From positions 930,001 through 994,000 of the forward strand of contig CAWJLW010000006.1 of NCBI GenBank assembly GCA_963843795.1: 64,000 nt of DNA, in the 5' to 3' direction. The first letter of the stretch is position 1, and each line of letters opens with the position of its first letter. The notes under the pieces were generated by a model. That model did no database searches, was not told where the DNA came from, and worked only from the letters and a program-made list of their open reading frames with translations. The stretch is from an uncultured bacterium (lineage in GTDB: Bacteria; Armatimonadota; Abditibacteriia; Abditibacteriales; Abditibacteriaceae). Positions 61,474 through 64,000 of this stretch are shown piece by piece. Made by a program: the position numbers and the translations under genes.

Positions 61474-64000
61474 TTAGCGCGCAATCAAATTGAACGTGCC
61501 GCTTGCTAACACCTTTCCACTCGCATCCCGTAAACCGGCAATTTGCAGTTCGATTTTATCTCCTGCACGCAAATTCAAACCGCTCAACGTCACGACATTG
61601 TTGGCGTAAGTGGCCGCCCCGATTTGCATCGCGGCACCATTGATGGCCAGCTTGTAATTCTTCGTGTCACGCGCTGAAATCACATCAAGCGCGCCGCTGA
61701 AATTCAGGGCAATCGCGTTCTGTGCCGTAGACGCATTGGCCGAGGACAGGCGCACATTCGATGGTTGCGGCGCGGTCTCCGCGACAATAATGCGATTGGT
61801 CACGCGATTGATGTTATCGCTGTTGTCGGTTGCTGTGATGCGCAAATCGTAGCGGCCCGCCAATAAATCGGTCGTGGCATTCGCGCCCAGTTTGGGTAAC
61901 GGTCCCTTGTAACTCCAATCGATGCCTTGCATCATGAGCGGCAGTTCGGTCGGAGCAGCAACCCAGCTTTTACCGTTCCAAAACTTGCCGTCGAAACGTT
62001 GCCACAACAGCGTCACGATTTTCAAACCGGCATTGCGGTCGCGCACACGACCGGCGATTTTGCTGAATTGACTCACAGTTTCTCGGTCGCGCGGTGTGTC
62101 GAAAGCTAATTCGGGCGCGCGCTGGTCGATAACGTTCAAACGCACGCGCGCGGTTGCCGTGGTTTTGCCATCGCTGATGGCGTAGGTGAACTCATCGACA
62201 CCGATTTTTCCGGTGCTGGGCAGGTAAAACAAGGTTCCGTCGTTGCGCAATTGAAAGCGGCCCTTGCTGGGATTATTAAGCGCACGCACTGTCGGTTTGC
62301 GACCTGCTGGAAAACTATCGTTGCGCAAAACGCCGGGCGCTTGAATTTGAAAAACGCCGCTGCTGAGCAGCACGATGCCGCTCGCTTGTGCTTGGCCTGG
62401 TGCACCCAGAATCAGGCTGAAATCGTCATCGGTCGCGCTCACCGCCGCATCGCCACCGACGGCGATTTCAACGCTGGCCTGCGCGCTTGCTACGCCATCG
62501 CTGACGCGGAACGTAAATGCATCCTTGCCAAGAAAACCTGCTTTTGCGCTATAAATCAAGTTCGGAATGTTGCCGGAAAGCGTGCCGTTTTGCGGATTGG
62601 CAATGATGTCGAAACTCAGCGTGTCGTTATCAACATCAGTCGCGCCGAGCGTAATTCGCAGTGGTGTCGCGTTATCGGCTGTGAGTTGCTGCCTAATGGC
62701 GACCGGCGCATCGTTGACAGCAAGTACTTGCAGCTCGATTGTCGCGAGGTTGGAATCCAGGGCGCCATCGTTGGCGGTGAAAGTGAAGCGATCCGCGCCG
62801 TTGAAATTCACATCGGGCGTATAAATCAGGTTTGGCGCTGTTCCCGAAAGCGTGCCATGTTCCGGTGCAGCGACGATGCGCAAATTCAAATTTGCGACCG
62901 GAGTCTCAATATCGCTCGCGCTCAACACGATATTCAAGGGCGTATCTTCGTCCGTCGAAAGCTGTTGCGCGTGGGCGATGGGAGCATCGTTGATGGCAAG
63001 TACTTGCAGCGCGATTTGAGCGATGTTGCTATCGGATGCGCCGTCGCTGGCAACGAAGCTGAAAGCGTCCGCTCCATTGAAGTTTGCGCTTGGCGTATAA
63101 ATTAAACTCGGTGCTGTGCCCGACAATGTGCCGTGTGCGGGCGGCGTCACGAGGCGGAAAGTTAAATTGGCAATTGGCGTATCAACATCAGTCGCGCCCA
63201 GAAGGATGTTAAACGGTGTATCTTCGTTCGTCGAAAGGTTTTGAGGTGACGCGACTGGCGCGTCATCAATCGCGTTTACGGTCAAAGTTGCGGTCGCATT
63301 CGCGCTATTTTCGCCCGAGTTGACCGCAAAGACGAGCGTGCGATTGGTGGTGTTGGGCGTGTCGCTGAGGTTGTTGTAACGAACGCTGGCAAGTACTTGC
63401 TGGTAATGCGCGATGCTATCGTTTCCGTTTAAATTCAGAGTGCGCGTCTGGGCGTTGTAATTCGCACTGATTTGCGTGCCGCTGACATTAGCGTTTAAAA
63501 TTTCGCTCGCGTTATCGGGGTTTTGGTTCAGTTGGACGGTCGCGCTACTCAATTCCGCGTTATTGGTGAGGACGATATTGGGCGCGATAACGATTGGCGT
63601 TTGTTCGCTGAAAGCTGTCGTCACATCCTTGCCTTCGGGACTGCCATTCAGGTCGATAGCAAGTGTGCTCACTGGAATTTGTACTTCAAAAGAGCCCGCA
63701 TCGTTATGGCTGCTGGCCGAGCGCGGAAATCCGCGTTGATCGGTCGTGATGGCGGCGAGCGGTGTCGCCAAATTCAAAGCCGGACTATCGGCCATTAAAG
63801 CGTGCGTCAATGTCGGTCCGTCGTTATTGGCCAGCACTTCCAGCCGCGCATCCAGCGGCGCGGCCACAGTTCCGACGCGGTCGTTGGCACCAAAGCCCGT
63901 TGCGCTGCCGACTTTGCCGATGACATTGAAGCCACCCGAAACGTAAGCACCGCGCAAATCGGGATTGCTGTTGGCGCTATTTCCGGCGACTATAGAGCGC
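61474..64000 (-). CDS. Large surface protein, C-terminal part (choice-of-anchor-Q-like region plus tandem Ig/cadherin-like repeats)
   Basis: The frame stays open to the window end (RSIVAGN...). It has NNDGPTLTHAL...DQRG...DAGSFE and 92-aa DAP.A...EDTP repeats. Confidence 0.88.
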   Translation of the reverse strand, partial: RSIVAGNSANSNPDLRGAYVSGGFNVIGKVGSATGFGANDRVGTVAAPLDARLEVLANNDGPTLTHALMADSPALNLATPLAAITTDQRGFPRSASSHNDAGSFEVQIPVSTLAIDLNGSPEGKDVTTAFSEQTPIVIAPNIVLTNNAELSSATVQLNQNPDNASEILNANVSGTQISANYNAQTRTLNLNGNDSIAHYQQVLASVRYNNLSDTPNTTNRTLVFAVNSGENSANATATLTVNAIDDAPVASPQNLSTNEDTPFNILLGATDVDTPIANLTFRLVTPPAHGTLSGTAPSLIYTPSANFNGADAFSFVASDGASDSNIAQIALQVLAINDAPIAHAQQLSTDEDTPLNIVLSASDIETPVANLNLRIVAAPEHGTLSGTAPNLIYTPDVNFNGADRFTFTANDGALDSNLATIELQVLAVNDAPVAIRQQLTADNATPLRITLGATDVDNDTLSFDIIANPQNGTLSGNIPNLIYSAKAGFLGKDAFTFRVSDGVASAQASVEIAVGGDAAVSATDDDFSLILGAPGQAQASGIVLLSSGVFQIQAPGVLRNDSFPAGRKPTVRALNNPSKGRFQLRNDGTLFYLPSTGKIGVDEFTYAISDGKTTATARVRLNVIDQRAPELAFDTPRDRETVSQFSKIAGRVRDRNAGLKIVTLLWQRFDGKFWNGKSWVAAPTELPLMMQGIDWSYKGPLPKLGANATTDLLAGRYDLRITATDNSDNINRVTNRIIVAETAPQPSNVRLSSANASTAQNAIALNFSGALDVISARDTKNYKLAINGAAMQIGAATYANNVVTLSGLNLRAGDKIELQIAGLRDASGKVLASGTFNLIAR

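Overview
This is a gene-dense chromosomal window from a moderately GC-rich bacterium. I infer Armatimonadota/Abditibacteriota from a DUF1559-type prepilin protein, a DUF6785-type membrane protein and a large Ig-repeat surface protein. It carries housekeeping genes (thiC, miaA, pdxT, rsgA, rarA, der-plsY-gpsA, HU, pcrA), a tadA-tadB-tadC cluster and several glycoside hydrolases. It also has a MoxR-vWA operon, a GGDEF/HD-GYP protein, an RsbV-RsbW-SigB-like module, a single-domain KaiC-like ATPase and a probable 6S RNA. I saw no transposase, integrase, CRISPR array, tRNA or rRNA. The dominant unexplained signal is the 12-bp perfect palindrome GCAAGTACTTGC. I counted 49 exact copies by eye (about 1 per 1.3 kb, against about 0.004 expected by chance) plus several one-mismatch variants. 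About 33 copies are intergenic, often at the apex of 34-62 bp perfect palindromes that look like terminators. Sixteen lie inside genes, 13 read as QVLA and 3 as ASTC. This resembles a HIP1/uptake-sequence/chromosome-organising-site type system with a motif I do not recognise. Three genes (GH29 fucosidase, tadB, rarA) have a net +1 frameshift; in rarA, restoring the canonical palindrome restores the frame. Several genes appear to be leaderless.
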